This document shows, piece after piece, positions 1 to 9,884 of a DNA stretch of 64,000 nt. The notes under the pieces are model-generated. The model saw only the letters and a program-made list of their open reading frames with translations, was not told where the DNA came from and made no database searches. The stretch is from an uncultured Candidatus Saccharibacteria bacterium (lineage in GTDB: Bacteria > Patescibacteriota > Minisyncoccia > UBA6257 > UBA9933). How positions within the stretch are numbered: position 1 is the stretch's first letter; every line of letters begins with the position of its first letter. The position numbers were made by a program, and so were the translations under genes. The DNA is taken from positions 24,895 to 88,894 of the forward strand of contig CAYVOL010000001.1 of the NCBI GenBank assembly GCA_964453135.1. Reading direction: 5' to 3'.

Positions 1-207
1 AGGCGGAGAAGAATCTATTGTGTCATTTTGAACCGCCAACTGGCTCCGCCAACTGGCGGAGAAGAATCCCGTATTTATGCAAGTTTGATCATGTGAGATC
101 CTTCGTCCCCCGCCGTGGCGGGGGACGAAGGATGACAATAAAAACAGAATAACAATAAAAAACAACGATGAAAAGTGTAAACAACACTATGAAACCCTAC
201 AAATTAA
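1..207 (-). mobile_element. MITE-like element, copy 1 (minus orientation, truncated by window start): GC-hairpin core modules plus the terminal inverted-repeat motif at 163-207
   Basis: Reverse complement of tgtcatcc..tcccccgccacggcggggga..gaaggatctc at 93-135. ccgccaactggcNccgccaactggcgg module at 1-70. TIR motif caacgatgaaaagtgtaaacaacactatgaaaccctacaaatta at 163-207 matches the copies at 11780-11822 and 35122-35166. Confidence 0.7.
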
Positions 208-242
208 CTAAGTGAAACAAAACAGCCGTAATTTCGTTATCT

Positions 243-806
243 ATGTTGAATGGCGAAGAAAATTTAATAAAACACGCCATTAGAGGTGAGTCCTCGGCTT
301 TTGGCTCGCTTTATGATGAGTACCAACCGCGAATTTACCGGTTTATTTATCTTAAAGTAGGCCATCGTGAGGAAGCCGAGGATCTCACCCACCAAGTTTT
401 CCTCAATGCCTGGAAGAATGTGAAAAATTACCGCTTCCAAGGATTTCCTTTTTCCAGCTGGCTTTATCAAATTGCCCGCAACCAGGTAATAGACCATTAC
501 CGAACGAAAAAAACGGCTTTTACTCTTGACGACAACAGGGATAATGAAGAAGAAAACAGCAATGGCGATAATTTTTTAACAGAAGACAATAATTTTAATT
601 TAGATATCCGCTCGGAAATCGCCGCGGTTCAGGAAGCTATAAAAAAATTAATCCCCGAACAGCAAGACGTCATTATTATGAGATTCGTGGAAGAAATGCC
701 TCATCGGGAAATCGCCGCTTCTTTGAATAAACCGGAAAGCACGGTGCGGGTGCTTCAGCATCGCGCCATTGCTAATTTAAGAAAAACGTTAAAAAACGTT
801 CGTTAA
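243..806 (+). CDS. ECF-type sigma-70 family RNA polymerase sigma factor (regions 2 and 4, acidic linker)
   Basis: Region-2-like YDEYQPRIYRFIYLKVGHREEAEDLTHQVFLNAW and region-4 HTH REIAASLNKPESTVRVLQHRAIANLRK. Confidence 0.8.
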   Translation: MLNGEENLIKHAIRGESSAFGSLYDEYQPRIYRFIYLKVGHREEAEDLTHQVFLNAWKNVKNYRFQGFPFSSWLYQIARNQVIDHYRTKKTAFTLDDNRDNEEENSNGDNFLTEDNNFNLDIRSEIAAVQEAIKKLIPEQQDVIIMRFVEEMPHREIAASLNKPESTVRVLQHRAIANLRKTLKNVR

Positions 807-815
807 AAAATATTT

Positions 816-1373
816 ATGGATAAAATCCGCCAATTATTAAAAGAATTAAAAAAGATTGAGCCGGACAGGGATTACAGCCGGACGTCTAAAATAGCCATTC
901 TCAACTATTCCCGTCCCGAAGAAAAAAGTGGGAGATTTTTGATGGAGATAATCCGTTTCGCAGCGGCGGCGGCTGCCGGCATCTTACTGATAATAACTGC
1001 CCTGGGAGGCGCGTCTTATTTTAATGAAAAATACTCCCCTCTTAATATGGAGGGCCTAAACCAAAAAAATCTGGTCAGCGAAGCCAAAGACATCAATGAT
1101 TCCATAAAAATAACTCTAGAAGAAATAAAATATCTTGACCAGTCCAACAAAAAAGCCATCAACGCGATGAACGAACTGTCCAAAAATAAACCCAACGCCT
1201 CGTCTCTTTCGGCAACCGCTTCCTCTTCTTTGAACGCCACCTCAACCGAGGATTTAAATAATTTTCTTATTAATCCATCTGTCGCCCCATCGGCCGCCAC
1301 TTCCACGGAAATAAACGGAACAAGCACTAATTTTCAAGATGTTAACGCATTGCTGGAAAAAATCTCTCAATAA
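816..1373 (+). CDS. Putative membrane-anchored anti-sigma factor (N-in, single TM, Ser/Thr-rich ectodomain)
   Basis: Immediately downstream of the sigma factor with a 9-nt gap. One TM helix (AAAAAAGILLIITALGGA). No recognisable catalytic motifs. Confidence 0.35.
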   Translation: MDKIRQLLKELKKIEPDRDYSRTSKIAILNYSRPEEKSGRFLMEIIRFAAAAAAGILLIITALGGASYFNEKYSPLNMEGLNQKNLVSEAKDINDSIKITLEEIKYLDQSNKKAINAMNELSKNKPNASSLSATASSSLNATSTEDLNNFLINPSVAPSAATSTEINGTSTNFQDVNALLEKISQ

Positions 1374-1407
1374 GAATGGCGAAGCAAATTATGCGCCTTT
1401 CGTTATT

Positions 1408-2229
1408 TTGGTGGCGAGCGGATTATTTTTTTCAAGCGGCGCTTTTTCGCCGATAAGTCCGCTGATAAATTTCCCGACGGCTTACGCTTCCAGCGCTTCT
1501 TCATCAGCGGCTGAAATTCCGGAAACTTCCGAATTGAGTTTAGGCGACAGAAAACAACTCCTGACGGATATTCTTTCTTCGGCTTTGTCGCAAACCAACG
1601 AACTGGCAAATTATCTTTCCGCTTTGCAGACCCCCAATGAAGAATGGGATAAAATACGGGGCAATTTAGTATCCGACCTTGCCAATTTCAGCGGGCATTA
1701 CCAACTGACAATAGACAAAATCAACGACGCCAGTTCCACCATCACTCTGGAGGAAATTAAAAAAACAGCGCGGGGATTGAAAGACTGGCAGGAAAACATT
1801 TATTCTCCGGAAATAGACAGGGCAATCAACGCTTCCCTTATTTTGAGAGCCGATGATTTTTTCAACACCACGCAAAGCAGATTTGATAAAATATCGGCTG
1901 ATATAAAAAAATTGGAGAGGCAAAGATTTATCAAAACAAATCTTTCCAAGAGATATTTGTCGGATATTTCCCGCCATCTGAAAAACATTGGGAGTTCTAT
2001 TGACAGCGCGAAGAAGTTGTATTTAAAATCTTCCGCGGCCGCGGAAGAAAATTCCGCCACCAGCACCGACGCGCTTTCCAATAAAGCGGAAGAAAAAACC
2101 TCCCTTCAAGAAAGCCGCGCTCAAATCCAGGACACAATAAGAAAAACAATCCAGGACGCGCTGAAAGAATTAAAAACAACTTACGAGATATTCTTCCAGA
2201 TAAACGACAGAATAAAAAACGGGAATTAG
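1408..2229 (+). CDS. Membrane-anchored coiled-coil protein of unknown function (third gene of the sigma locus)
   Basis: The ORF-track start at 1339 overlaps the previous gene. TTG 1408 or GTG 1411 is the more likely start. N-terminal TM FVILVASGLFFSSGAFSPI followed by a long helical region. Confidence 0.4.
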   Translation: MVASGLFFSSGAFSPISPLINFPTAYASSASSSAAEIPETSELSLGDRKQLLTDILSSALSQTNELANYLSALQTPNEEWDKIRGNLVSDLANFSGHYQLTIDKINDASSTITLEEIKKTARGLKDWQENIYSPEIDRAINASLILRADDFFNTTQSRFDKISADIKKLERQRFIKTNLSKRYLSDISRHLKNIGSSIDSAKKLYLKSSAAAEENSATSTDALSNKAEEKTSLQESRAQIQDTIRKTIQDALKELKTTYEIFFQINDRIKNGN

Positions 2230-2248
2230 AAAGTCGGACTATCAATAA

Positions 2249-2280
2249 AACAACCCCCCGCCGCGGCGGGGGGTTGTTTT
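2249..2280. terminator. Bidirectional rho-independent terminator between the sigma locus (+) and hup (-)
   Basis: aacaaccccccgccgcggcggggggttgtttt: perfect GC hairpin with a U-tract on both sides. Confidence 0.6.
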
Positions 2281-2314
2281 ATTCGCTTAAAATATACAGA
2301 GATACTGACGAAGT

Positions 2315-2590
2315 TTACTGCACTGCTTCTTTCAAAGCTTTGGCCGCTCTGAATTTCGGCTTAATGGAAGCGGCAATTTGAATTTTTTCTCCGGTTTTCG
2401 GATTAACGCCCATGCGAGCCGCTCTTTTGGCAACCTTAAATGTGCCGAAGCCGGCCACCGCCACTTCTTCTCCTCTGCTTAACGCTTTGGTGATAGTATC
2501 AAAAACAGCGTCTACCGCGGAAGTTGCCTGTTTTTTAACTTCAATATTGGCAGCACCCATCACTACCTCTACTAAACTTACCTTGTTCAT
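2315..2590 (-). CDS. hup: DNA-binding protein HU
   Basis: 91 aa. GFGTFKVAKRAARMGVNPKTGEKIQIAASIKPKFRAAKALKEAV is the typical HU/IHF arm. Confidence 0.9.
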   Translation of the reverse strand: MNKVSLVEVVMGAANIEVKKQATSAVDAVFDTITKALSRGEEVAVAGFGTFKVAKRAARMGVNPKTGEKIQIAASIKPKFRAAKALKEAVQ

Positions 2591-2685
2591 AGATATTAAA
2601 ACTTGCTTTTGCTCTGTCGACCTTTGAATGATTAAAATAATTATAGCAAATTTCTCATTGTGAAATCAATTGCCGCTAATAAATG

Positions 2686-2803
2686 AACGCGCTTTTCACC
2701 ATGGTTATTCTGAATTTTATTGTTTGTCATTCTGAGTCCGCCAGTTGGCGGACGAAGGATCTCGCAAGATTCTTCTCCGCCGGCTGGCGGATTCAGAATG
2801 ACA
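2686..2803 (+). mobile_element. MITE-like element, copy 2 (partial left TIR plus core)
   Basis: aacgcgcttttcaccatggttattctgaattttattgtttgtcattctgagtccgccagttggcggacgaaggatctcgcaagattcttctccgccggctggcggattcagaatgaca. Confidence 0.7.
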
Positions 2804-2843
2804 GGTGGTCTAGGATCAAAACGACAATCCGCGCAAAAATCTC

Positions 2844-4367
2844 CTATTTCGCATATTCCACGGCTTTAACTTCCCTGATGACATTGACTTTGATTTCGCC
2901 CGGATATTTCAGCTCCGCTTCAATTCTGTCGGCAACGTCTTTAGCTAATTGGTAAGCGCCGAAGTCGTCAATTTTTTCCGGCGTTACGAAAATCCTCAAT
3001 TCCCGTCCCGCGGAAATAGCGTAAGAATTTTTCACTCCGGCAAAACCATTGGCGATTTTCTCCAAATCTTCCAGCCGCTTGATATAATTTTCCAAGCTTT
3101 CCCTTCTCGCTCCGGGACGCGAAGCAGACAAAGCATCCGCCGCTGTTACCACAAACGATTCGGGCGTAGCGAAAGGATAATCTTCGTGATGCGCCTCCAT
3201 CGCCTTGATTACTTCTTCGGATATATTGTATTTTTTGAGTATTTTTCTTCCCAGTTCAATATGGCTTCCTCCCACTTCGTGGTCTATGGCTTTGCCGATG
3301 TCATGAAGCAAAGCCGCTTTTTTGGCAACTTCCACGTTCAAACCCAGCTCCGCCGCCATCATCGCCGCCAAATGAGTGGCCTCCAAGGAATGGAGCAAAA
3401 CATTTTGCCCATAGCTGGTGCGGAAATGAAGCCGCCCCAATAACTGAACAATCTCTTTGGGCAAGTCGTAAAGGCCGACTTCGTAAACCGCTTCCTCTCC
3501 TATTTCCGCGGTCCGCTTGTTCATTTCTTCCTTGGCTTCCTCCACTTTTTCTTCAATGCGCGCGGGCTGGATTCTCCCGTCTTTCATCAATTTTTCCAAA
3601 GCCAAACGGGCGATTTCCCGCCTCATGGGATCAAAAGAAGAAATGACGATGTAATCGGGCGATTCGTCAATGATAAATTCCACGCCCGTGGAGCGCTCGA
3701 GCGCTTTTATGTTTCTGCCTTCCCGTCCGATTATTTTTCCTTTCAGATCTTCATTTTCAAGATTGAAAATGGCAGTAGTGATTTCGGAAACATGGGAATG
3801 GCTATAGCGCTGAATGGCGACAGTCATAATGTCTTTGGCTTTGCTTTCCAATTCCTCACGCCTTTCTTTATTCAATTTTTGAACAAGGGAACTTAATTCT
3901 TTCTGGTTATCTTCGTAAACTCTTTTAATAAGGAGTTCTTTGGCTTTGTCAGATGTTAACCCCGCGACTTTCTGGATTTCTTCTTCGGATTTTTTTCTTA
4001 ATTCTTCAAGGTCGCTTTGCCGCTTTTTTATTTCTTCCTGTTCTTTGATTAATTTTTCCTCCCGCAAGCGGAAATGATTTACTTCGCTTTGAAGCGCCTC
4101 TTCCTTGGAACGAAATCTGTCTTCTAATTTATCCAGCTGCTGCTTTCTTTCCCGCTCTTCTTTTTTGATCTCTTCCAATATGTCAGCGGACTTGTTTTCC
4201 GCCTCTAAAACTATTTCTTTCGCCTTAACTTTTGCGTCTTCTAACTGATTTTCAATTTTTTTCTCCTGGCGGGCTTTACTTCCGGAAATAAGGAAATGGC
4301 GAAAGACATACACCGCCGCTCCGGCCGCCGCAACCAAAACTATCCCCAGAATTGGGTTGATGTACAT
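2844..4367 (-). CDS. rny: Ribonuclease Y (N-terminal TM, coiled coil, KH and HD domains)
   Basis: MYINPILGIVLVAAAGAAVYVF anchor. KH motif IIGREGRNIKALE. HD motif LLHDIGKAIDHE. Confidence 0.9.
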   Translation of the reverse strand: MYINPILGIVLVAAAGAAVYVFRHFLISGSKARQEKKIENQLEDAKVKAKEIVLEAENKSADILEEIKKEERERKQQLDKLEDRFRSKEEALQSEVNHFRLREEKLIKEQEEIKKRQSDLEELRKKSEEEIQKVAGLTSDKAKELLIKRVYEDNQKELSSLVQKLNKERREELESKAKDIMTVAIQRYSHSHVSEITTAIFNLENEDLKGKIIGREGRNIKALERSTGVEFIIDESPDYIVISSFDPMRREIARLALEKLMKDGRIQPARIEEKVEEAKEEMNKRTAEIGEEAVYEVGLYDLPKEIVQLLGRLHFRTSYGQNVLLHSLEATHLAAMMAAELGLNVEVAKKAALLHDIGKAIDHEVGGSHIELGRKILKKYNISEEVIKAMEAHHEDYPFATPESFVVTAADALSASRPGARRESLENYIKRLEDLEKIANGFAGVKNSYAISAGRELRIFVTPEKIDDFGAYQLAKDVADRIEAELKYPGEIKVNVIREVKAVEYAK

Positions 4368-4520
4368 ATGTTAAATTGTTCGCTAATTCATCCGTAAAAG
4401 TATGCGCCAAATCAGCATTCAGCGATACCATTATTTTAGTTAGGAACATAAAAAATGACTTTTATTATTACCCGTATTATAAAACTTTGCGATAAAAAGT
4501 AAACCCCGCCAGCGCAAGAA

Positions 4521-4755
4521 TGTCATCCTGAGTCCCCCGCCACGGCGGGGGACGAAGGATCTCGCTAAGATTCTTCACTACGTTCAGAATGACAGCGTAA
4601 GTCATCCTGAGCGAAGGCGAAGGATCTAACGAAATTTTTCTCCGCCAGTTGGCGTCCGCCGGCTGGCGGATCAGAATGACAGCTTTGGATTTCCGCTTTC
4701 GCGGGAATGACAGGCGCTAAGATTCTTCTCCGCCGGCTGGCGGATCAGAATGACA
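4521..4755 (+). repeat. Three tandem MITE core units (each ends in cagaatgaca)
   Basis: Unit boundaries near 4596 and 4682. Hairpins tcccccgccacggcggggga, gcgaaggcgaagg, ccgccagttggcgtccgccggctggcgg. Not CRISPR: the spacers are not unique and the units differ in length. Confidence 0.7.
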
Positions 4756-4896
4756 TTTTACGGACAGCGCCTCCCGTCAGTAATCAGTAAAAGATAGGGG
4801 CGGGCGGAACACATCATTTCGCCATGGCCGGAATGCCGTTGCGATAAGATATAAAAAGGGACAAAAAACTTTAATTAAGTCAAAATGGGTTTCGCA

Positions 4897-6780
4897 TTAT
4901 TGATAGCAATAATGATAGTAAAGTCGGCTACAGTTGGAATCTACTGGCTCAAAACTGGTTAATTGAACGTCTGTAAAACCAGCTGGACAGGAATACCCTC
5001 CGGTCCAAGGATTGGTTACTGCCGGTTGACACCCGCTACCGGAGATAGTCGTATACATTCCTCCAAATCTACCCGTGCTCGCCCAACGCGCGGGACCACC
5101 AGCTTGCGGAGAACCCAACCACACATCTCCACTCCAAACGGAAATATTTCCACCACTAACCGACAGTTTATTGTCCGGCGCTGTTGTTCCGATGCCGACG
5201 TACCCGTTACTTTGGTTAATATAATCGAGGCTATTTGCGAAATAAAGATCTCCTGTTGAATTGCTAATCATTAACGGTCGCAAGGTATTCCAACTCCCAT
5301 ATTGATTGCCGGAATTGGTAAGTAAAGGCATATATGTATTGACGCCATCATTTCTAATAAAAGCTCCGTAATTTCCAGATATAGCTCTAAATTGACCTGA
5401 GCCACCCCCTAAAGTACTAATGAATTCTGTTGCTGTTCTAGTAGAGCCATTGACATCTAATGTATAGCCTGGTGATGCCGTCCCGATACCCACGTAAGTT
5501 CCATTATCATATATCTGCGAATTGGTAATACTAGGCACAGTTCCCCATTTTGTAAGATAGTTTGTGGTGCCGGAAGTGTAGGTGACCGTACCCGCACCCA
5601 AACTGGTGCAGCTTCCAGCAGAAGTGACAATGCCGCCGGATATTGTAAGACCGCTGGGAGTGGTGCCTGCTGAACAGGTTAATGAATTGACGCCAGCAGT
5701 GCCGCCGCGCCGGTAATAATTGGTTGCGCCGACATTGATGTCTCCGGAAACATCAAGCTTGTAAACAGGAGACATTCCCACGCCGACATTGCCGGAAGAA
5801 TTCCAGACTCCGCTGCCCGGGAAATTAATTGTCCCGCTGAAAGTAGGGCTGGAACTAAAAACCAAAGAACCGCTGCCGGTTTCGTCGGTAATTATTGACG
5901 CTAAGTTGGCGGAAGTATCGGTGTTGAAATAAGTGGAAGACAAGCCGGCGATTTTTCCAGCGGAGGTTATTAAGTTGACATTGCCGGTGCCGAATTGGGC
6001 GGCGCCCTGGACATCAAGAAGCGCGCCGGGAGTGGAAGTTCCGACGCCGAGATATTTGTTGGTATTGTTCCAGAAAAGATTGGCGTCTCCGCCTAAAGTG
6101 CCGGCATTGTTGAATTGCACCTGGCCGGTGGAGCCGCCGGCGAATCCTGTGGGCCAGGAAGCAATGCAGGAACCGTTAAGGCAGAACTGGGTGGAGCTGG
6201 TGTTACCCGAAACTTCCAAGGGCTGGCTGGGATTAGAGGTGCCTACTCCGAAATTACCGGAGTTGTAATAAAGTTTAGAGCCGGAGGAAAAAAGGCAGGC
6301 GCTGTTGACGCATAGCCCGGTGTCGGAACGGACATAGCCGCCCAAGACGTCAAGCTTGACCCCTGGGCTGGCGGTGCCAACGCCGACATTGCCGCTCATA
6401 AGAGCAGTGGGGTTACCTTGTTTACCAATTTGTAATACTACGTTATTTCCACTATCAAAAAATTGATATTGAGTTGCATAACCGCCAGTACCGCCGGGAT
6501 TAAAACCCATCCAAGAATTAACTGAATCACCCGAAATATAAGAGGAATTCCCTAACCCAAATTTTAACGCTGATGTAACTCTCGCATTGCCATTAACATC
6601 TAATATATATTGCGGCGTCGTTGTCCCAATGCCCACATTGCCGCCGGAATAATATAAGACACCCCCCCCTGCGCCGGGAGCAGAGGAAGGAGAAGTCCAG
6701 CCGAAAACTACGGTGGCAAAAGAAACTGCTAAAATGAGGCAAGAGAATATGAAAAGGATTTTAGGAAGGGAGCGGGACAT
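4897..6780 (-). CDS. Secreted Gly-rich beta-helical repeat protein (tail-fibre-like repeats), Cys-rich C-terminus
   Basis: Signal/TM at the N-terminus. About 10 degenerate repeats of the form GNVGIGTTxPxxxLDVxG. C-terminal CxxGxxxC..C..YCY. Confidence 0.6.
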   Translation of the reverse strand: MSRSLPKILFIFSCLILAVSFATVVFGWTSPSSAPGAGGGVLYYSGGNVGIGTTTPQYILDVNGNARVTSALKFGLGNSSYISGDSVNSWMGFNPGGTGGYATQYQFFDSGNNVVLQIGKQGNPTALMSGNVGVGTASPGVKLDVLGGYVRSDTGLCVNSACLFSSGSKLYYNSGNFGVGTSNPSQPLEVSGNTSSTQFCLNGSCIASWPTGFAGGSTGQVQFNNAGTLGGDANLFWNNTNKYLGVGTSTPGALLDVQGAAQFGTGNVNLITSAGKIAGLSSTYFNTDTSANLASIITDETGSGSLVFSSSPTFSGTINFPGSGVWNSSGNVGVGMSPVYKLDVSGDINVGATNYYRRGGTAGVNSLTCSAGTTPSGLTISGGIVTSAGSCTSLGAGTVTYTSGTTNYLTKWGTVPSITNSQIYDNGTYVGIGTASPGYTLDVNGSTRTATEFISTLGGGSGQFRAISGNYGAFIRNDGVNTYMPLLTNSGNQYGSWNTLRPLMISNSTGDLYFANSLDYINQSNGYVGIGTTAPDNKLSVSGGNISVWSGDVWLGSPQAGGPARWASTGRFGGMYTTISGSGCQPAVTNPWTGGYSCPAGFTDVQLTSFEPVDSNCSRLYYHYCYQ

Positions 6781-6821
6781 TTTTTATTTATCGTTGTTTT
6801 TATTGTTATCCTGTTTTAATA

Positions 6822-6968
6822 GTCATCCTGAAAGTGTTTTTGTCATCCTGAGTCCCCCGCCACGGCGGGGGACGAAGGATCTCGCAAGATTCTTCACTGC
6901 GTTCAGAATGACGGGGTGGATTCTTCTCCGCCAGCTGGCGTCCGCCAGCTGGCGGATTCATAATGACA
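6822..6968 (+). mobile_element. MITE-like element, copy 4 (core, partial duplicated 5-prime end)
   Basis: gtcatcctgaaagtg partial, then tgtcatcctgagtcccccgccacggcgggggacgaaggatctcgcaagattcttcactgcgttcagaatgac...ccgccagctggcgtccgccagctggcggattcataatgaca. Confidence 0.7.
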
Positions 6969-7169
6969 TAAGAAAAGTCGTAAATTTATTTTTTAGTTTA
7001 TTAATAATTTTACTTCTGCTGAAAATGAAAATCAATGAAGAGTTATCCACATAAGCAATATCAAAACCCGTTTAATTTGACAGAGCCGCTGTTGAAAAAT
7101 AACAAAAAAGAGGCGAGAGCCGTTAAAAGCACTCTCGCCCCTGATACAAAAGAACTATAATCCCCCCCC

Positions 7170-8252
7170 TTAGTTTGCCACCAACGGGGCTGGACCCATC
7201 GGCGGCGAGAATAAAGGTCCGTTTGGAGGCAAAGGAGCCGGTCCGCCTCCTGGAAGTCCAGGGGAACCCGGAGGACCAATGGGACCTTGAGCGCCAACGG
7301 GGCCTTGTGAACCGACTGGGCCTTGCGGGCCTGCCGGACCTTGAGCGCCAGTTGCGCCCCCTGGCCCCTGAGGACCTGTCGAGCCCTGGGCTCCTTGAGA
7401 TCCTTGCGGACCTCTAAATCCTCGCGGACCCTGAACGCCTTGCTGGCCTTGGGGACCTTGCGGACCTACTGGGCCGCGAGGGTGATGAATGATATGGATG
7501 GAGGATGCTGCCGCTCCTCCGTAAATCGCGGCCTTATCAATGTCGCTCGCCGCCAAAAATGGGACGCCGCACTCCTCCGGAAGGAAGGCTTTTTCAAAAA
7601 TTCCTCCCAGAAGAGAACCACCGACCGCGGCTAACGCACCGATTGGATGGCTCATCGCCATGGCTCCGCCAAATCCGGCAAGCCCTCCCAAAGTGCCGCC
7701 CCATCCAGAGGGAGTACATCTTTTTTGCCAGGCATCTCTTCGCTCCAGGGCGTAATTCACCGCTGCCACCACATCTGCCTGAGTAATCTGCGGCTGTGGC
7801 GGAGGATACTGGTAAATAGCTTGAGGCGGTGGCGACGCTGGCATCGGCTGATACGACGCCGCTGCCGGCTGTTGAACAACTGCTTCTTGCGGCCGCGGAC
7901 GCGTTGCTGAAACCGCCCTGTCCTCAATGAAATTCAAAAACACTCGATTGAGAATAGGGTTGCCGCAGGCACATACTTTGTCCGCCAGCCAACGCTCTCC
8001 GTCTTTACGCATAGAGACTTCTGTTCCGACTGGCAACCAGCCAGTGGAAATTTTTCCGCTGGCGCCAATTATTTTCACCTCGGCATCCTCGTCCAACTTC
8101 ATGGTCGGGAGGTTTTCTTTCTTACAAAGGTCCGGCGCCACCGGGTCGGCGCCGATGTTAATATATTTTTTCCCGGTTTCCGCGGCAACGGGCGAAATCC
8201 CCGTCGCGGCTAATGCAACTATGGCAAGAGCAATGACACCCATTCTTCTCAT
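7170..8252 (-). CDS. Secreted collagen-like triple-helix repeat protein (GC-rich, SD-preceded)
   Basis: Signal peptide [25 protein letters not shown]-terminal run of G-X-Y triplets ([22 protein letters not shown]...). Strong SD aaggaggagggg upstream. Local GC is well above the neighbouring genes. Confidence 0.65.
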   Translation of the reverse strand: MRRMGVIALAIVALAATGISPVAAETGKKYINIGADPVAPDLCKKENLPTMKLDEDAEVKIIGASGKISTGWLPVGTEVSMRKDGERWLADKVCACGNPILNRVFLNFIEDRAVSATRPRPQEAVVQQPAAASYQPMPASPPPQAIYQYPPPQPQITQADVVAAVNYALERRDAWQKRCTPSGWGGTLGGLAGFGGAMAMSHPIGALAAVGGSLLGGIFEKAFLPEECGVPFLAASDIDKAAIYGGAAASSIHIIHHPRGPVGPQGPQGQQGVQGPRGFRGPQGSQGAQGSTGPQGPGGATGAQGPAGPQGPVGSQGPVGAQGPIGPPGSPGLPGGGPAPLPPNGPLFSPPMGPAPLVAN

Positions 8253-8366
8253 TCCCCTCCTCCTTTCTTGTTTTAATATATATAATTGTGAAGAGCAATA
8301 TTGACGATCAGATGAATCGCCAAAGCACTATCTTTTTACCATAATTTTACTAACTTGTCAAAAAAA

Positions 8367-9053
8367 TTAGTTATTGATTACGAGGGGCACGAAACTGAAC
8401 CCGAAATACTCTCTCCGGCGATAATCATCTTGGGAAATTTTATCTATCACCGCGATGCTGTTTCCCACCGGCGCCACAATTCTGCCGCCGATTTTCAACT
8501 GCTTTTTCCATGCTTCCGGAATATCTCCTTCGGCGGCCGCTCCGGCGATAATTTTGTCAAAAGGCGCTTCGCTTTGATACCCCTTGGAGCCGTCGCCTAA
8601 AATTACCTGGACCGCTCCCGAACTGACGAATTTATAATGCTCAATGTTTTGCTCCGCTTTTTTCTTAAGTTCCGCAATGCGCTCAATGGCAATGATTTTA
8701 CCGGATTGGCCGCTGTTTCCCCCGTTGTCTTTTTCAGAATTTGTATTGGCAGGCGCTTTGCTTACAATGTGCGCCAAAAGAGCAGAGGTCCAACCCGAAC
8801 CGCAGCCGATATCTAAAATTTTTTCTCCCTTTTTCGGCTGAAGAAGTTCCAACATAAAAGCCACGGTCAGCGGCTGAGAAATGGTCTGGCCAAAGCCAAT
8901 GGGCAAAGGAGCATTGATGTGCGCCTGGCCGTGATACCCTTCGGAAACAAAATAATGCCGGTCAATCGCCCGGAACGCCTCTATGATATCGGCGCTTTTC
9001 AAGTAGCCGTCTTTAATCAACCCGTTAATTAAATTTTCACTTGTCTGGTCCAT
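8367..9053 (-). CDS. pcm: Protein-L-isoaspartate O-methyltransferase
   Basis: GFGQTISQPLTVAFMLELL and ILDIGCGSGWTSALLA SAM-binding motif. Confidence 0.8.
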   Translation of the reverse strand: MDQTSENLINGLIKDGYLKSADIIEAFRAIDRHYFVSEGYHGQAHINAPLPIGFGQTISQPLTVAFMLELLQPKKGEKILDIGCGSGWTSALLAHIVSKAPANTNSEKDNGGNSGQSGKIIAIERIAELKKKAEQNIEHYKFVSSGAVQVILGDGSKGYQSEAPFDKIIAGAAAEGDIPEAWKKQLKIGGRIVAPVGNSIAVIDKISQDDYRRREYFGFSFVPLVINN

Positions 9054-9203
9054 AAAAACTCAGAACTTGGATCTTAAAACTTAAAACGTATATTCTATTA
9101 TACCAAAGTTGACAACCCAAGAAAAGAAAGTTAACATTTTAATTGGTCTTGCAACAACTAAAATAACATTTTAAGCACGAGGAAAAGGAGGTGATGAATT
9201 TGG

Positions 9204-9803
9204 TTGTTTCTTGTTAAATATAGAGAAAGAGATTGGACATTCGCGAACGAAAAACAAAAAGCGGAACAATCACGGACAAGGAGATGGCCAATGGAGATGG
9301 GCGATGCGTCAGCAATGCCACCAGGAAGTGAAAAAGAGCTGTGCTGCAATCCCGATGTAGCGATCGTCCGAGAGCGTCTATCAGCCCTGCTGAAGTACAA
9401 ATCTAAGACACCAATACTATTCTCTCTGCAACCAGTGGGCAACAAATTCCGATTTGCCATAAGATCACTGCGCGCCAACAACCTCGGTATCCCACCGAGA
9501 ATAGTGGCAAGAAGACTTTGCGACATCTCTGTCCAAGTGGCCAAGCATTTACTTCCCGAATACCATCACGAGGACCCCGAATTCCTCGTTGTTCGCAGAA
9601 ATTTAATGGCAATGCTGAGCAAAAAGATTCAGGAACCGGTAATAACGCTCGGCAGGATAGAAAATAAGTTCCTGCTGTTCATACACAACGTGAACCTGGA
9701 AATTCCGTCGGGAATAGTAGTAGCGGATAGTCTTTGGGGCATTTACATTCAGGCGGCCCAACATCTGTTTCCCGATGAAGGCCTCCAACCTGCCCTCGCC
9801 TAA
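9204..9803 (+). CDS. ORFan hypothetical protein (TTG start, SD ggaggtg, own terminator)
   Basis: GC-richer codon usage than its neighbours. Candidate promoter TTGACA-17-TAACAT at about 9102-9130. Terminator at 9838-9877. Confidence 0.4.
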   Translation: MFLVKYRERDWTFANEKQKAEQSRTRRWPMEMGDASAMPPGSEKELCCNPDVAIVRERLSALLKYKSKTPILFSLQPVGNKFRFAIRSLRANNLGIPPRIVARRLCDISVQVAKHLLPEYHHEDPEFLVVRRNLMAMLSKKIQEPVITLGRIENKFLLFIHNVNLEIPSGIVVADSLWGIYIQAAQHLFPDEGLQPALA

Positions 9804-9837
9804 CCAGCGCGCCAACTATATTTCTTTACCCCCCTTC

Positions 9838-9877
9838 CAAGCCCCTCTCCACAACAACGGAGAGGGGCTTTGTTTTT
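9838..9877 (+). terminator. Rho-independent terminator
   Basis: aagcccctctccacaacaacggagaggggctttgtttttt. Confidence 0.6.
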
Positions 9878-9884
9878 TATTGAA

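Noticed and set aside
2683-2955. ORF 2683..2955 (+) and similar ORFs spanning MITE copies (6713..7054, 4963..5259)
   Set aside because: They run through repeat hairpins and overlap well-supported genes on the opposite strand.
4521-4755. Possible CRISPR array (tandem repeats with hairpins)
   Set aside because: Units are 77-86 bp and unequal in length, and no regular repeat-spacer periodicity exists. The same sequences recur singly elsewhere as MITE cores. No cas genes are present in the window.
7175-7910. Multiple plus-strand ORFs (7175..7417, 7323..7634, 7505..7786, 7647..7910) antisense to the collagen-like gene
   Set aside because: They are artefacts of the GC-rich Gly/Pro codon repeats. 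The minus-strand ORF has a signal peptide, SD and continuous length.
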